A DNA stretch of 64,000 nucleotides from an uncultured virus (IMG/VR IMGVR_UViG_3300010354_009789) (IMGVR_UViG_3300010354_009789); one strand, 5' to 3'. Positions 53,101 to 60,425 are shown, counted from the stretch's first letter. A program made the numbers and translations. The notes: generated by a model from the sequence alone, not told the origin.

Positions 53101-54274
53101 CATACACATAAATTTCCTTTCCTCCTACCGAATGGAGTTTAATTTCGGAATTTATTGGGATATTATCTACAATTCCACTACACCCAAAGAATTGTGTCGT
53201 TGATTTTGATGTATAATTGATGTAAATCGTTGCTGTATTGTCAAGATCTACTCTGAGTTGTCCTGATTCCGGGAACCCAATTGTGGAATCAACATCTAAT
53301 ACAGTATTTCCGGCAGATGCCTCAGAAATATTTTTAGTTTTGGGGTGAATTGAAAATGCACCAGCAATTGTACCACTGGATACGTTAATGTCTCTATTGT
53401 AATCGGAGTCTAAACTAAGAATATAAAATTCTCTATCTCCCCTTAAAATGCGTTCTACTTGAGTTACAGCACCACTTGCTCTAAAGATGAAGTCATTTTC
53501 ATCTTGAAAAATGGTAGAATTTAATAATTTTTCTGGATTTCCAGAAATTGCCTCTACTACGAGGTCTTTTGTGATTCTAAATTCAGCGTCAGATGGTTCA
53601 ATTAGAAAATCCCTTGGGCGAATCAGATCTACATTTTTGCCATATAGGGCATTAAAAAGGATTTTAAATGAAACCTCAGTTCCTTTTGATGAATAAAAAT
53701 CTTTAATATGTGAGAGGAATATTTCTTCGTTCAGATCCTCTGCAAGTTCTCTTTTCTTAAATCCTGGAGCAATTAGTGCCTTAATCTTGATTAGGAACTC
53801 TTGTAGGAATAAAATACTTAGATTTTTAACTTCTGCTTGATTTTCATGACTTGCTGCAACAGTCTCTGAAAAAACCAACTCGTCAGGAATGTTTGATTCC
53901 AAAGACGAAACACCACTAAATCCACGAGTGCACCCGTCAAAATAAGTGGATTCTTTAGTTTGATATAGAATAATTTCATCGTCAATTTGAATTAATCCAT
54001 AGCGATCTGGAAAACCTCCTGTGGATTCAACATAAATCCTATCGGTTACGGTACTTACGTCAGATGTAAGTATAGTTGAACTCACTACATTTGTTACTAC
54101 ATCAAGAGATACATGCTTATCAATATTATGGAGAAGATCTAATGGACCTCCAGAATACTCATTAGCTATGTAATATTGTCTTAGAAATTCCTCAGCATAT
54201 GGGAATTCCTCTTTGATGAAGTCAGGAAGTTGACTTTCAAGAATTGAACTTATCTTAATTCTAGTATCGTTCAT
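41183..54274 (-). CDS. g7: Giant baseplate wedge initiator-like structural protein
   Basis: 4363 aa between g6 and g8; QLPDFI, FYSSKGT, HSPIIGWAYDGNPIYGPY (YHYH-like), DSDYYQYFSY, HTAGFK motifs. Confidence 0.85.
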   Translation of the reverse strand: MNDTRIKISSILESQLPDFIKEEFPYAEEFLRQYYIANEYSGGPLDLLHNIDKHVSLDVVTNVVSSTILTSDVSTVTDRIYVESTGGFPDRYGLIQIDDEIILYQTKESTYFDGCTRGFSGVSSLESNIPDELVFSETVAASHENQAEVKNLSILFLQEFLIKIKALIAPGFKKRELAEDLNEEIFLSHIKDFYSSKGTEVSFKILFNALYGKNVDLIRPRDFLIEPSDAEFRITKDLVVEAISGNPEKLLNSTIFQDENDFIFRASGAVTQVERILRGDREFYILSLDSDYNRDINVSSGTIAGAFSIHPKTKNISEASAGNTVLDVDSTIGFPESGQLRVDLDNTATIYINYTSKSTTQFFGCSGIVDNIPINSEIKLHSVGGKEIYVYGYGGLEREKIEVRVNGVISNLTIPGNPPVQLSPGDRINIKSLGENLTSKKANNWIFNIPVVYDISSISDPSGTSFIYTVSTFDDHDFKLGNQVTFIATDGSTFTGGYVSSIINQNTVQVTQNGLIPNKDRIKSIKNNLLKAAVNDPVRYPEIIQYNTNVQNVYCSETDKDELYVTSASIPTYLGQNLDLEDRSIEFSGTFNGKDLVFQSEHSFYTGDSVIYRPANEDNSITSEGIYFVRVISPTSIRLAKSRDNIFNADLTGNDGYYVSFSGTINPGYESRIELTDFSFRNLQKQPVESQRLIRKISNPEFDNSEHTTPSGQIGIFINGVEIINYKSRNFVYHGPIDDVAVTAGGTGYDIISPPTLIISDPSGVGATGNLSISGSLSRVDIQNPGFDFIENPVIELTGGAGSGARAIANLIEFSHKVFFNSSSASGVNTTTDVIGFSTYHGFRNYEQVIYNPENQQIVSGLTTNSTYYISFPSGHSGTKICLHKSLSDAASGINTVSLDSLGYGLQSFTSTIKKKKIGSITISDPGSGYKTRKVRCTPADVDVTANILNIQSHGYKSGEKIVYYPSATPIGGLVSGTSYFVTAVNEDQIRLSSVGTGVTAFAFYYNSKQHVDITSSGSGYHEFNYEPITLNVRGRIGVSTESGQDFNAKLIPIFSGEIYGVHLTNNGSNYGSAGILNHNRQPNFSIVSGTNAQITPIISGGKITNVVIANGGKNYNTNPILTVNSKSGSGAKLTPIVQNGVIVGVSIVDTGRDYKINDTSITVATTGQGSKFQAVIKSWTIDLVKRLIEKKNIVDDDGIIDQGLNSEIGLQYCHAYAPRSLRKTVLSESFISGQLTYTPDLTFADNGYEKDSTAHSPIIGWAYDGNPIYGPYGYSDPSTPGSVRRMISSYVVSADSNRPSQYPLGFFVNDYIYDASGDLDEHNGRFCVTPEYPNGTYAYFCTIGNLANSGPFKFFREPQFPYVIGNTYHSKPIEFNFLTASNQNSYDIAKNRLLRNVTPYKLLTEKTSYEFLPGPEVFRSSFGKVEYIGSGDINNVEIIDGGENYSSGDKLVFDNSGTDGNGAAAEIDLINGKNVSQISLASTVTSNIQFIKASPNQPYKFVGFSSTIHNLTNLDEVQIDIEGENTSFDAIRYDENRLFLTSVSVAATISGITTYLNVTGNLEYPNVRENDIYQFGQEQVKVLNIDTLSQRIRVLRNQNGTSGVSSLPVGFALTEKSKKFGINFGITTSYATQLDKEYYFNPSESVGLGTQSGVGINSTLKFTNPGAGITQIKIPTRSIYIPGHNINTGDELIYNSNGGQGIIVSINAGVSTYALSSDTKVYAAKITNDIIGIATVRVGLGTTGSFVGLGLTPSASLLYFTGFGTSTYHSFKKIQPNPLIGSATKRTVTVSTASTHGLNVADRINLTVTSGITTSIVIKYNSRHNRMVANPVDFISSDVNSVTDEIRIHNHGFVTAQKIIFNSISAPGGLIDDTIYYVIVVNNNTIKLANSRYESLNDISVDITSEDLGTISPINPPLTLTKNSVVEFDLSDSSLSYILGLSNLSAFEFNLYTDGEFENKFLSTKSSSTFEVTKTGDIGVDIDAKVTLSINDEVPKILYYLIDPINLSQNTLTDVPVTVDKEVSGNNTINLVNSQYSGSYLIKDTPTTTTFDFQFRKTPEVDSYTVSDVTNTFISYTTNSPTGFGSIASIKINSGGNNYKYLPKISSIDTDFGKNAVLIVNSDSIGTLNKVSFSNIGYDYSSDASLRPTTTLPNVLKVNPAYSFESIGITSSGRNYTIAPNLVVIDTKNDTYLYEVELDYKVGDTNVNIISNTSRLQGEPKIIPVDNINGTKIKTIEFNDLSKDVVVSLASTYSVPSQFPFAIGKKILIENTSVGITTEDRFGNIVVTQTGKGYNSANYNYSLFTITDIDPDYGGLNPSITYNLSNYLSGSDVPGTFNALESYGKVILDEEFPVFNWTLTKGVFSPGETVISGLNVGTVIYWDDVNEYLKVSSVDNFYPGDLLTSRVTGLEVEITEVFTYDSNFDIGASSIVTKGWNSNTGFLNDTLQRIHDSDYYQYFSYSLKSEIEIAKWDDAVSNLNHTAGFKKFSDLQVESSIDDVTSGIQTSQGNGDVIVFADLISDVNVNTVYDFDLATETVLNIDNYLKSDQILFKTKVIQDYIQAVSNRVLLIDDISDEFTNAAGVENYGVADRFSTGRTKKYMMWVGDRSANFDTQRQVQLVTLLQYNTQGYINQYGKVYSDTDLGDFDYRYIDGNNELLFYPIKSEVNDYEMSGVSLVLNDSGATTGYYGLGCVDMRSSSTTISAGAGAGTTNSVVGIASTYRAAKFMIQISNNAQSYFEYSEVSIVHDDTDIIQLEFNNLASSSSPAEVGLGTYMANISPSGLDLWFIPNTTTAVDYEFNIDTIAISGSSTSVGSTIFPGAIVETSHTSIASTTLPTKVAQYTSFYRGAYYIVLVHDTTNNEYQTSEVLVTSDDTDTQVLEFASLATNAGLGTISAGITTVTELTFVPAPGINADVRVIQFALGPSRSTIVDNDVNLGSTSTIDYTNGTFTGTELARKKSFDLYYDGYPLFQKVINPAQDIIASNSSIFLPNHFFSTGEEIVYDPGDTGSPIGIATTSIVGVGTTNKLPTSVYIIKNDNSTFKFAATAADALNFVNLTITDVGVGTEHLLTSIRQNSRCIISLDNVIQSPVVSTAITSSLSSPASSAAEVITLSGISSFFAGDFAQIGNEIITIRAIGYLGVTNDVLVRRGWLGSVASAHTSGSIIRKVYGDYNIIDNTIHFAESPYGNLQLGGTRPDEQDYVGLDVRSSFSGRTFLRSGISEDPYAKNVVFDDLSQKFNGISSQFSLQSNRNDISGISTGNAVVLLNSVFQNPQNIDYALSEVSGITSIRFTGDRTAANSDVNTTSLPRGGVIVSVATTEGFGYQARVSAGATARVSVAGTIQSLSIGNTGGGYRASSEYDIVTSISHPVGIGSTVIHIANTEAVINKLAYSSVNKISVGAALTNITIVSVGNTFIRIGVGSGSSVSIASGTPVHIELKSPTAGLVNISVAQTSIKNAQFVGFTTIVAGRISPNYVITNPGSGYTNTNPPLVIFDDPLPYSDIPLRYSSASPTSGLGTEASIDLVVGSGSSVISFEIKNYGYAYGNGEILTVPIGGLAGIPTDRTKPFREFRLTVESISADRFVGWSIGDLQVLDSIESLFNNIDVNFPLAINNERISIRSRVGSDVREDALLLVFLNNVLQVPGDAYQFDGGSTLRFSIPPRFGDRCSILFYRGTSSVDTIDVEVLDSIKVGDTVTLNDGNIVYQEDPRLVTDIVSTDAVTTNIYNGAGINPDQTYERPLSWTKQTVDLIIDGEEIGKDRELYEANIFPTAKIIKDVSTASTEIFVDNVKTFFDHSKEYPTILQNRQQDVLIHESKYTVGASATCTVSGIGSITSITITNGGVGYESGETPEISFGNISNTRATGTVGVTTSGSIVRATISNSGIGYSYAPIQSLSVISSGTGWPNTGLAYTFSNVRLRNTYSEGHNALCNITIINGSLLSVAISNGGFNYHVDDELYVDVVNYENTDLVLSSTLNLRVSSIDSPPVIFSEPSFNREIMSVSYEGDFGIISGIGTTSYAGVTTGLVFDFVIPKNSFLRDTYVNGTVGIATTGISGIKTGFYFVIHDSNVGNSIISLESDDSPLGIGTTFMNNIFKAAAVSIARTDAVGMGVTWVARVTTKVSNYNDFLTGVGRSTYYGQYSWGRLYDLERVIKSNIAAYRGENLLTYSEFESGWTNTGGVSIGQTEYIAPFSSSYGTKITASASDTGLLRATASLVSGTSYTYSVYVKPISGNEKMYFGSNTGTSVAVSLDFDSPIPSISSKTGSTVNRMLIPQANGWYRASFTFSATASAAHNFIIYSETSNEAVFAVWGAQVESGVDLTQYSKVTHTAVRRNTAVTDENTYPVLRRYNNLRFRGYKS

Positions 54275-54277
54275 TGC

Positions 54278-56188
54278 TTATAGTCTGACGAGTGCACCGT
54301 TTGAGTAACTTGAAGTAACCGTATAGGTTGAACCAGAAAAATCTGATCCTGATGTAATCGGATCTGCCAGCATATTGACAGAAGTGTTATTAATATCTAG
54401 CTGCAAATAAAGATCCTGTAATCCAATCACATCATTTGATTTTGGCGAAACCGAAATTTCAACTATTGAGTCTGCCGAATCAAATTTTGTAGTTTCAATG
54501 ATATTTAATGGGTATAAAATAATCTCACCTTTTTCATAATCTACGATTCCGGCATTCTTTCTAACTATGGTTCCAACGCCACCACTAGCATCAAGTTTAA
54601 AGAATATAATTTTTCCGGTCTTCAGATCTGCGTTTGGCACATCAGTTAAGTATACAAAATCATAAACTCCACTTACCTTAAATCCAGACGACTTGATATT
54701 GTATCCATTAATGTTCTTTACGTGGAAAGCATTACCGTAACAAATTTCATAGTCGGCATATTTTCCAAGCTCAATGCGAAGATCCCTTCTCATCGCTAAA
54801 GTTGTGATGTTTGATGTTACAGATACATCACTATCATCAATAAGTTTGAGGAATTTGCTATACTTGAATCTTGCACCATAGCGATTTAGTTCAGTTGAAT
54901 CCGCATATCTTTCGATATTTTTAATAATCTTAGTTCGAACGGCACTTGAACTCAGACTTGTATTTGTGTTGTAATACGCTGTGCAATCAACCTCAACATA
55001 GAGATATTTGAGGTCTAGTATCTCTGGCACAATCCCAGCAACAGAATACTTGCGAAGTGTTCTCTTGAGATTATCTTTAATTGATGATGGAATATACGTG
55101 CCATTAATTGGTTTGATGGTAATAAAAACCTTTCCGAATTGTGGTGGGTTTAGATCTTCACCACCAAATACTGAGATTGATTCGGTCTCTGGGAAAATGA
55201 TTGGAATGATTGATTCATAATCAGTTGCAGTAACTGCTCTGTTATGAGCTTCATAAATTTTTGGTGCATATTTGCGAATAGATTCTGCACTTTCAATGGG
55301 TGTTCCAAATCTTGAAGATGTGTCAGCAGTAAGTACGGAAATTCCGGCAGAAATTACTGTATCGTTATTATCGCGCAATCTGCCATTAAATGTAAATCCA
55401 GCAACTCCATTTCCACTTTCTCCATTTGACACATGATATGAAATTTCAATTCTGCTTCCATTTACTAACTTATTTCCAAAAATTCCATCGCCAAAAATAA
55501 TCTCATATCTTTCATCAGCGATTTCTTGTAGGAAATAGACTCTTGAGGTGGAATTTACATCAATCAAGTTATTTGAAAGTTGATATTTTACTCCGGTATT
55601 TGCACCAGGATCAAATACAGTAACTCTAATTAATGATGTATCAACTCCTTCGTTGTCAAGTAAAAATCTTTGATTAGGATCGTTCTCATCAACAGTATAT
55701 TCTGCGGTTACATATGACCCCTCATAGACGTAAACATTATTGAAGGATGCCACTCCAGAAACGACTGGAACGGTCACTTCATCCTGAATGGCAAAGGTAT
55801 AACTCTGCGACGCGAAACTGGCGTTGCTGGTGCATACAAGACCCTTCTGGAGGGTAATTGTAGTGGGTTTGTTCGGGGAATCCGTAGTATCTACGGTAAA
55901 TGATATTGACGCTCTAGACGCTCTTCTTGAGCGTGGAAGATATCCAATTTGTTTTGCTAGGGAGACGACGTTTTCCCTTAGCGTAGCACTGTCAATAAAC
56001 ACCTCATTACTCAACATATTGGCATTATATGATGAGATATAGGTGTTAAATGCTAAAACATCTATAATCGTTGATAGATTGGATCCTTCAAAATCATAAT
56101 CGGAAAAATCTGAGTTTGATCTCAGATATTCTATGATTGATGATTTTATCTGATCAAAATCCAGATTTGTGAATTTTACTAGTGCCAT
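54278..56188 (-). CDS. g6: Baseplate wedge subunit
   Basis: LDFDQIK, DYDFEGS, FIDSATLRENV, FGDGIFG, RAVTATDY. Confidence 0.96.
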   Translation of the reverse strand: MALVKFTNLDFDQIKSSIIEYLRSNSDFSDYDFEGSNLSTIIDVLAFNTYISSYNANMLSNEVFIDSATLRENVVSLAKQIGYLPRSRRASRASISFTVDTTDSPNKPTTITLQKGLVCTSNASFASQSYTFAIQDEVTVPVVSGVASFNNVYVYEGSYVTAEYTVDENDPNQRFLLDNEGVDTSLIRVTVFDPGANTGVKYQLSNNLIDVNSTSRVYFLQEIADERYEIIFGDGIFGNKLVNGSRIEISYHVSNGESGNGVAGFTFNGRLRDNNDTVISAGISVLTADTSSRFGTPIESAESIRKYAPKIYEAHNRAVTATDYESIIPIIFPETESISVFGGEDLNPPQFGKVFITIKPINGTYIPSSIKDNLKRTLRKYSVAGIVPEILDLKYLYVEVDCTAYYNTNTSLSSSAVRTKIIKNIERYADSTELNRYGARFKYSKFLKLIDDSDVSVTSNITTLAMRRDLRIELGKYADYEICYGNAFHVKNINGYNIKSSGFKVSGVYDFVYLTDVPNADLKTGKIIFFKLDASGGVGTIVRKNAGIVDYEKGEIILYPLNIIETTKFDSADSIVEISVSPKSNDVIGLQDLYLQLDINNTSVNMLADPITSGSDFSGSTYTVTSSYSNGALVRL

Positions 56189-56590
56189 TTATCGAGTTGG
56201 CTGAAGAGCAAATGTTAATTGTTGTGCCGGAACGTCAATTCCAACTATTTCATAAGAAATTGTCACATTAAATTCATTATTATCGAAGTTAGGTGAGACT
56301 ATAACTTCGATTAATTTAACTCTGGGTTCATATGTATTGATGGTGTCTTCTATTTCCTGCTGAATAAATCCAGCAGTGATCTCATCCATATTCTCAAACA
56401 GTGCAGCACTCACTTTGGAACCCAAATTCTCATTAAAAAACCGTTCTCCGGGTTGAGTGAGGACTAGATTTCTGACAGCACGTGCAATCGCAGACTCATT
56501 TTTGAGTGCAATTAAGTCATGATTGACAGGATTTGACAAAAATGACATGCTTAAATCTTTAAATCCTCTACTTACCCTTTGAACTGGCAT
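56189..56590 (-). CDS. g25: Baseplate wedge subunit / sheath initiator
   Basis: FKDLS, NLVLT.PGER.F, YEPRV; CTAAATA at 56613-56619. Confidence 0.95.
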   Translation of the reverse strand: MPVQRVSRGFKDLSMSFLSNPVNHDLIALKNESAIARAVRNLVLTQPGERFFNENLGSKVSAALFENMDEITAGFIQQEIEDTINTYEPRVKLIEVIVSPNFDNNEFNVTISYEIVGIDVPAQQLTFALQPTR

Positions 56591-56634
56591 GAATAAGATA
56601 ATAAATCTACCTTATTTAGGTGTATAATTTGGGA

Positions 56635-56925
56635 TTATTCTCCCGGATTTTTTCCATATACGGGTTCAGTTCCATAATCCCAATCATCATAATCTTCATC
56701 ATTACGAATTTTCTCATGAAGTTCGTTTTGAGTCGTAAAATCATGCCTTTTGGGAGTGTCATCATCGTGATTTATCTCACGGAGCATTCTGGATTTGTGA
56801 AAACCAGATCCGTGAGCAAAATGATTACCATCAAAAGTGGCAGAATCTGCTTCTAAAGCATTTAGATCGCCATTTTGCCACAGTTCGCGCATAATCTCTT
56901 GATTTTTTTCGTGTTGATTTGACAT
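56635..56925 (-). CDS. Hypothetical protein
   Basis: 96-aa ORF in the co-oriented series. Confidence 0.7.
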   Translation of the reverse strand: MSNQHEKNQEIMRELWQNGDLNALEADSATFDGNHFAHGSGFHKSRMLREINHDDDTPKRHDFTTQNELHEKIRNDEDYDDWDYGTEPVYGKNPGE

Positions 56926-56932
56926 AATTTAC

Positions 56933-57538
56933 CTATTTGATATAAAAACCAAGTCTTTCGTATCTTGGAGCATCGATCCAACGATATCCCTCTCTTATAT
57001 AACGGAGTGAATCGTTCGTATCTTCTTTCCAAACTGGAACTGCAATTCTATTATTGTATTGAAAGTTTGGATTTTGGCGAAAATGAACCTCAATCAAACG
57101 TTCTCCAATAAATTCGCAATTAATATATGGATAATTCCCAGACAAATCATTTAAAATTTCCGGAAATTCAATAGTATACTCATCCAGTTTAAGCCATCGT
57201 GTCCATTTGTAGAAAAGATCTTCTCTATCACGACTACCAATCACGGTTAAAATTGGTTTCTTCTCATGATAGTCTACTGAAATATGGTGTCCTTCAAAAT
57301 ATTCACACCAAAAATCACTTGGATAAAGATGATTCGTGTGATCATACAGAAACATTTTTTTCGCATGTTGACTCATTCCATTTAAGTTCATGGATGGACG
57401 CACCATATAAAAAGAGGGTTTGGGAACACGTGCTCCAGCAGGACCACATGCATAACCCAAAACCCTACTCAAATTGAGTTTGTTATAAACCCAAAGATCT
57501 TTCAAATGAATCTGATTCCATTCATCTGAAGTTTCCAT
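56933..57538 (-). CDS. Conserved cyanophage hypothetical protein
   Basis: 201-aa ORF; LWVYNKL.LSR.LGY.CGP, WCEYFEG.HISVDY, INCEFIG..LIEVHFR. Confidence 0.75.
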   Translation of the reverse strand: METSDEWNQIHLKDLWVYNKLNLSRVLGYACGPAGARVPKPSFYMVRPSMNLNGMSQHAKKMFLYDHTNHLYPSDFWCEYFEGHHISVDYHEKKPILTVIGSRDREDLFYKWTRWLKLDEYTIEFPEILNDLSGNYPYINCEFIGERLIEVHFRQNPNFQYNNRIAVPVWKEDTNDSLRYIREGYRWIDAPRYERLGFYIK

Positions 57539-57679
57539 TCAACCTTGCCCACGATAACGCTTATTTCGACCGTTGCGAGATGTAGCACTCAGTTTGGTGT
57601 GAGGACCCCTTCCTTGACGAGACTTCTTCGGCTTGGATTCGATCTTTACTCCACCAGTGAAACTAGGACGCTTTGCCAT
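57539..57679 (-). CDS. Small basic protein (46 aa)
   Basis: Manual translation MAKRPSFTGGVKIESKPKKSRQGRGPHTKLSATSRNGRNKRYRGQG; AGGAG Shine-Dalgarno upstream. Confidence 0.75.
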   Translation of the reverse strand: MAKRPSFTGGVKIESKPKKSRQGRGPHTKLSATSRNGRNKRYRGQG

Positions 57680-57716
57680 AATAAATTAAACTCCTTTGTG
57701 TTATAAAACGAGAAAA

Positions 57717-58493
57717 TCAAATAATACGAGTCTTTTCGTGACCAACGCGAATACGAGGGTCGCACCAGATTTCAAATCCCTTTTCTTTTGCATCAAGACA
57801 GAAGGACACATCCTCCCCACACATGTCTTGAACTGCTCCAGACTCAAAGACTTGCATCTTAGGAGCAAACCAAGGATATTCGAGATTCTCAAAGACACCC
57901 TTCTTAATGAGAACCCAACCAAACCCAGTGTAATCTACTGTGAAGGGCTTCTTGCGACGTGCCATGGTCTCTACGGTCTCGTGATTCATCACACCACCGT
58001 TGTTACGGAAGTCCTCTTCCTCCAACCAGTGAGCAACTGAGGTAGTGTGCCCATCCTCTGTTGCATACCATCCTGCGGTGACTTCACGTTCCGTGCCGTC
58101 CTCAGACAGTGCAAGATCGCACAATTGCCAGAATTTTTCTGTGTTGAATACGATGTCGCTGTCGATCCACAGTTGATAATCGTAAGGAAGTTTGCCGTCC
58201 CAGGGAATCTGATTGGGACCCCGCAGCACGTTTGCTCCAAGGCACTTACAGCGGGCGAAGTTGACCATGGAGGAGTAATCCTGAGAGATCTGAATACTCA
58301 GACCGCTCTGTACCATATCAAAGCAGAGTTGCACAAACGCTTTGAGAAATGTAAATGAACAACCGCGCCCTGGCAGGCAAAACACGATTGTTTTTCCGCG
58401 CATACGCTCTTTAATGGCTGCGTAGTCCCAGGAAGTCTCGGGACCCGTGCCAGCTGTCGGCGGTTTCGCTTTAACTCTAAATCCTTTTGCCAT
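57717..58493 (-). CDS. Glycosyltransferase family 2-like (GT-A fold) protein
   Basis: LWIDSD (DxD), TGFGWVLI, GEDVSFC, VGHEK motifs; CTAAATA at 58529-58535. Confidence 0.8.
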   Translation of the reverse strand: MAKGFRVKAKPPTAGTGPETSWDYAAIKERMRGKTIVFCLPGRGCSFTFLKAFVQLCFDMVQSGLSIQISQDYSSMVNFARCKCLGANVLRGPNQIPWDGKLPYDYQLWIDSDIVFNTEKFWQLCDLALSEDGTEREVTAGWYATEDGHTTSVAHWLEEEDFRNNGGVMNHETVETMARRKKPFTVDYTGFGWVLIKKGVFENLEYPWFAPKMQVFESGAVQDMCGEDVSFCLDAKEKGFEIWCDPRIRVGHEKTRII

Positions 58494-58531
58494 AATTTTA
58501 AGAACACTTCAAACTCATTTTATCGTCCTAT

Positions 58532-58945
58532 TTAGTAGTTGTCAACCCTCTGAAATTTCCCCCCTTCCCCTCTTGGAACTTCTTTGTTTCGGAAGTTCTC
58601 CGCATGATCACACCATCTCAGATTTGTGACCTCGTTGCAGAGTTTGTCTCTGTTGATGTGGTCCACCTCTGAGAGGTTGTGAGGGTTCTCTAGGAGGGTC
58701 TCTGCAACCAGTCTATGAACATAGTATCTGATCTGCTTGACGAATCTTCCAGACTCATCTCTGAGGGATATATTGACCGCTGCATACAGTCGCTTATTCC
58801 CCGCTGCGCCCCCTCTAAGGTGTTGTGCGACCTCGACCTTTTCTGAGAGAATTTTTCCCCCGGAATTTTTTTTAGAATCTCGGAACACCTTTCCGTTTTC
58901 GGTGACATAATACCCATCAAATTTTGTCCGGAAAAATTTTTGCAT
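58532..58945 (-). CDS. HNH homing endonuclease
   Basis: Y.VTENG.V N-terminus; VHRLVAE...VDHINRDKLCN.VTNLRW...EN HNH motif. Confidence 0.88.
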   Translation of the reverse strand: MQKFFRTKFDGYYVTENGKVFRDSKKNSGGKILSEKVEVAQHLRGGAAGNKRLYAAVNISLRDESGRFVKQIRYYVHRLVAETLLENPHNLSEVDHINRDKLCNEVTNLRWCDHAENFRNKEVPRGEGGKFQRVDNY

Positions 58946-59099
58946 CGCTTGATATCACTCTAAGGGGTATATACTTTTATAGATTAGGGGATCCATTGAT
59001 TTTAGCTAAGGGGGGGCCTTAATCACGCTATGCCCGCATAAACGCGGCACATTCGCATCAATACAACTGCCAATCACGAATACGCACCAATACTATACT

Positions 59100-59120
59100 G
59101 GGGGTCACGAATGGACCCCC
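59100..59120. other. GC-rich hairpin at the end of the small-ORF island
   Basis: GGGGGTC-N7-GACCCCC just after the stop at 59129; no clear U-tract. Confidence 0.5.
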
Positions 59121-59128
59121 GTTGATTA

Positions 59129-59311
59129 TCAGTATCCCGCCCAATCTAACAGATCTTCAGCATAAACCTTATCACCCCATGCACATGCCTTAAATGTATC
59201 AACAAACTCATCAAACCAATCGTGACCTTGTGCAAACCTACGTGCTTGCTTCCAGGTCACATAACCATCAGAATCTGCTGCTTGAAGGAGCATACGCTTG
59301 GACATCATCAT
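59129..59311 (-). CDS. Hypothetical protein
   Basis: 60-aa ORF; ATGA overlap with upstream ORF. Confidence 0.65.
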   Translation of the reverse strand: MMMSKRMLLQAADSDGYVTWKQARRFAQGHDWFDEFVDTFKACAWGDKVYAEDLLDWAGY

Positions 59312-59466
59312 GCACCGGGGAAAGGTTGAACAGAAAGAATCAGCGAATCAGAAACCTCAGAATCGGAAGCAGAAACGCTCCGATCAGTAAGTGCATCCAG
59401 AATTTGGAGAATTTGGTTACCATCTTGACCTTTGCTAAGCAGAGAAATCAGAACGTCGCGAGACAT
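59308..59466 (-). CDS. Hypothetical protein (52 aa)
   Basis: Manual translation MSRDVLISLLSKGQDGNQILQILDALT... Confidence 0.6.
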   Translation of the reverse strand: MSRDVLISLLSKGQDGNQILQILDALTDRSVSASDSEVSDSLILSVQPFPGA

Positions 59467-59525
59467 AATCAAAAGAAAGAATAGGACAGTAAGTGTAACT
59501 TTAGGGCAAACACATTCCCATGAAT

Positions 59526-59660
59526 TCAGATTACAATCGATGCCTTAGTTCCACAAGCAATGAGGAAGTCAACCATGGAACATGCCTCAGAGTATGTCAC
59601 AAACCAGAGGTTCTTCCACGTGGCAGAGATAGGACACCAGAAGCGAACTTGTGTTTTCAT
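59526..59660 (-). CDS. Hypothetical protein (44 aa)
   Basis: Manual translation MKTQVRFWCPISATWKNLWFVTYSEACSMVDFLIACGTKASIVI; GAGG SD. Confidence 0.6.
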   Translation of the reverse strand: MKTQVRFWCPISATWKNLWFVTYSEACSMVDFLIACGTKASIVI

Positions 59661-59669
59661 GATTTAACC

Positions 59670-59849
59670 TCAGTTGGAACATGCGGGGGGAACGTATGCA
59701 GTGTCGATCTGCAGAATACCATCAACCACGAACTCTTGCATCAGATAGGCAATAGGCAAACCGTATTGAATACTCATTGCCTCTAATTCACGCATCACTT
59801 CACCAACATCAGTAAAAGGGCGGAAGTGTTGAGGAACGTAGTCTTTCAT
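59670..59849 (-). CDS. Hypothetical protein (59 aa)
   Basis: Manual translation MKDYVPQHFRPFTDVGEVMRELE... Confidence 0.55.
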   Translation of the reverse strand: MKDYVPQHFRPFTDVGEVMRELEAMSIQYGLPIAYLMQEFVVDGILQIDTAYVPPACSN

Positions 59850-59888
59850 GATTTCAAGTGAGAATGGGATAGGGATTACAGAGTCAGA

Positions 59889-60104
59889 TTAACCACCACC
59901 ATACACATACTCAACTATACCTGCCTCATCAAGTCCTACGGATTCGATGACAGTGAAAACTCCATACTCATCGAACTCTTTAGCATAATAATCACCGAAC
60001 TCTTTGATAAACAATTCACGGCACTGATCTTTAGTCTCAGCAGCAATCACGACCATGCCAGAGGTATAGTCGGAGAGAACTTGGTTGACGATGAACAGTT
60101 TCAT
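59889..60104 (-). CDS. Hypothetical protein
   Basis: 71-aa ORF; DYTSGMVVIAA...YVYGGG. Confidence 0.7.
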   Translation of the reverse strand: MKLFIVNQVLSDYTSGMVVIAAETKDQCRELFIKEFGDYYAKEFDEYGVFTVIESVGLDEAGIVEYVYGGG

Positions 60105-60158
60105 GATTGCAAGTGAGAGAGTAAAGAATGGGGGAGGATTAGTCCCCCTTGAAGAATG

Positions 60159-60314
60159 CTATTTGCAGGTGCATTGCCAAACGGCAGAATGACCTTTAGG
60201 GCAGGGAGTTTGACGCTTTGGAAGACCTGCCTCCAGAACTGCCTTTTTGCATTGTGCTTCGATCTCAGCAAGAGTGAAGCGGGTAGGAGTGTTGGAACGG
60301 GTACGGAAGTTCAT
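60159..60314 (-). CDS. Hypothetical protein (51 aa), first gene after repeat copy 1
   Basis: ATG 60314 with AAGGA SD; ORF-track start at 60377 lies inside the repeat. Confidence 0.6.
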   Translation of the reverse strand: MNFRTRSNTPTRFTLAEIEAQCKKAVLEAGLPKRQTPCPKGHSAVWQCTCK

Positions 60315-60367
60315 GATCCTTTGAATGAATTTGGAGGGGGGAGAGGGAGAGCATCCCTGCCCCCCCT

Positions 60368-60425
60368 GTATCTTCATAATAGGACGCTGGAACCGGTTGG
60401 AGGGTTTTTCAGCGTATCTGCATCA
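60368..60425 (-). repeat. 58-bp promoter-like repeat, copy 1
   Basis: TGATGCAGATACGCTGAAA-N25-TATTAT-GAAGATAC. Confidence 0.9.
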
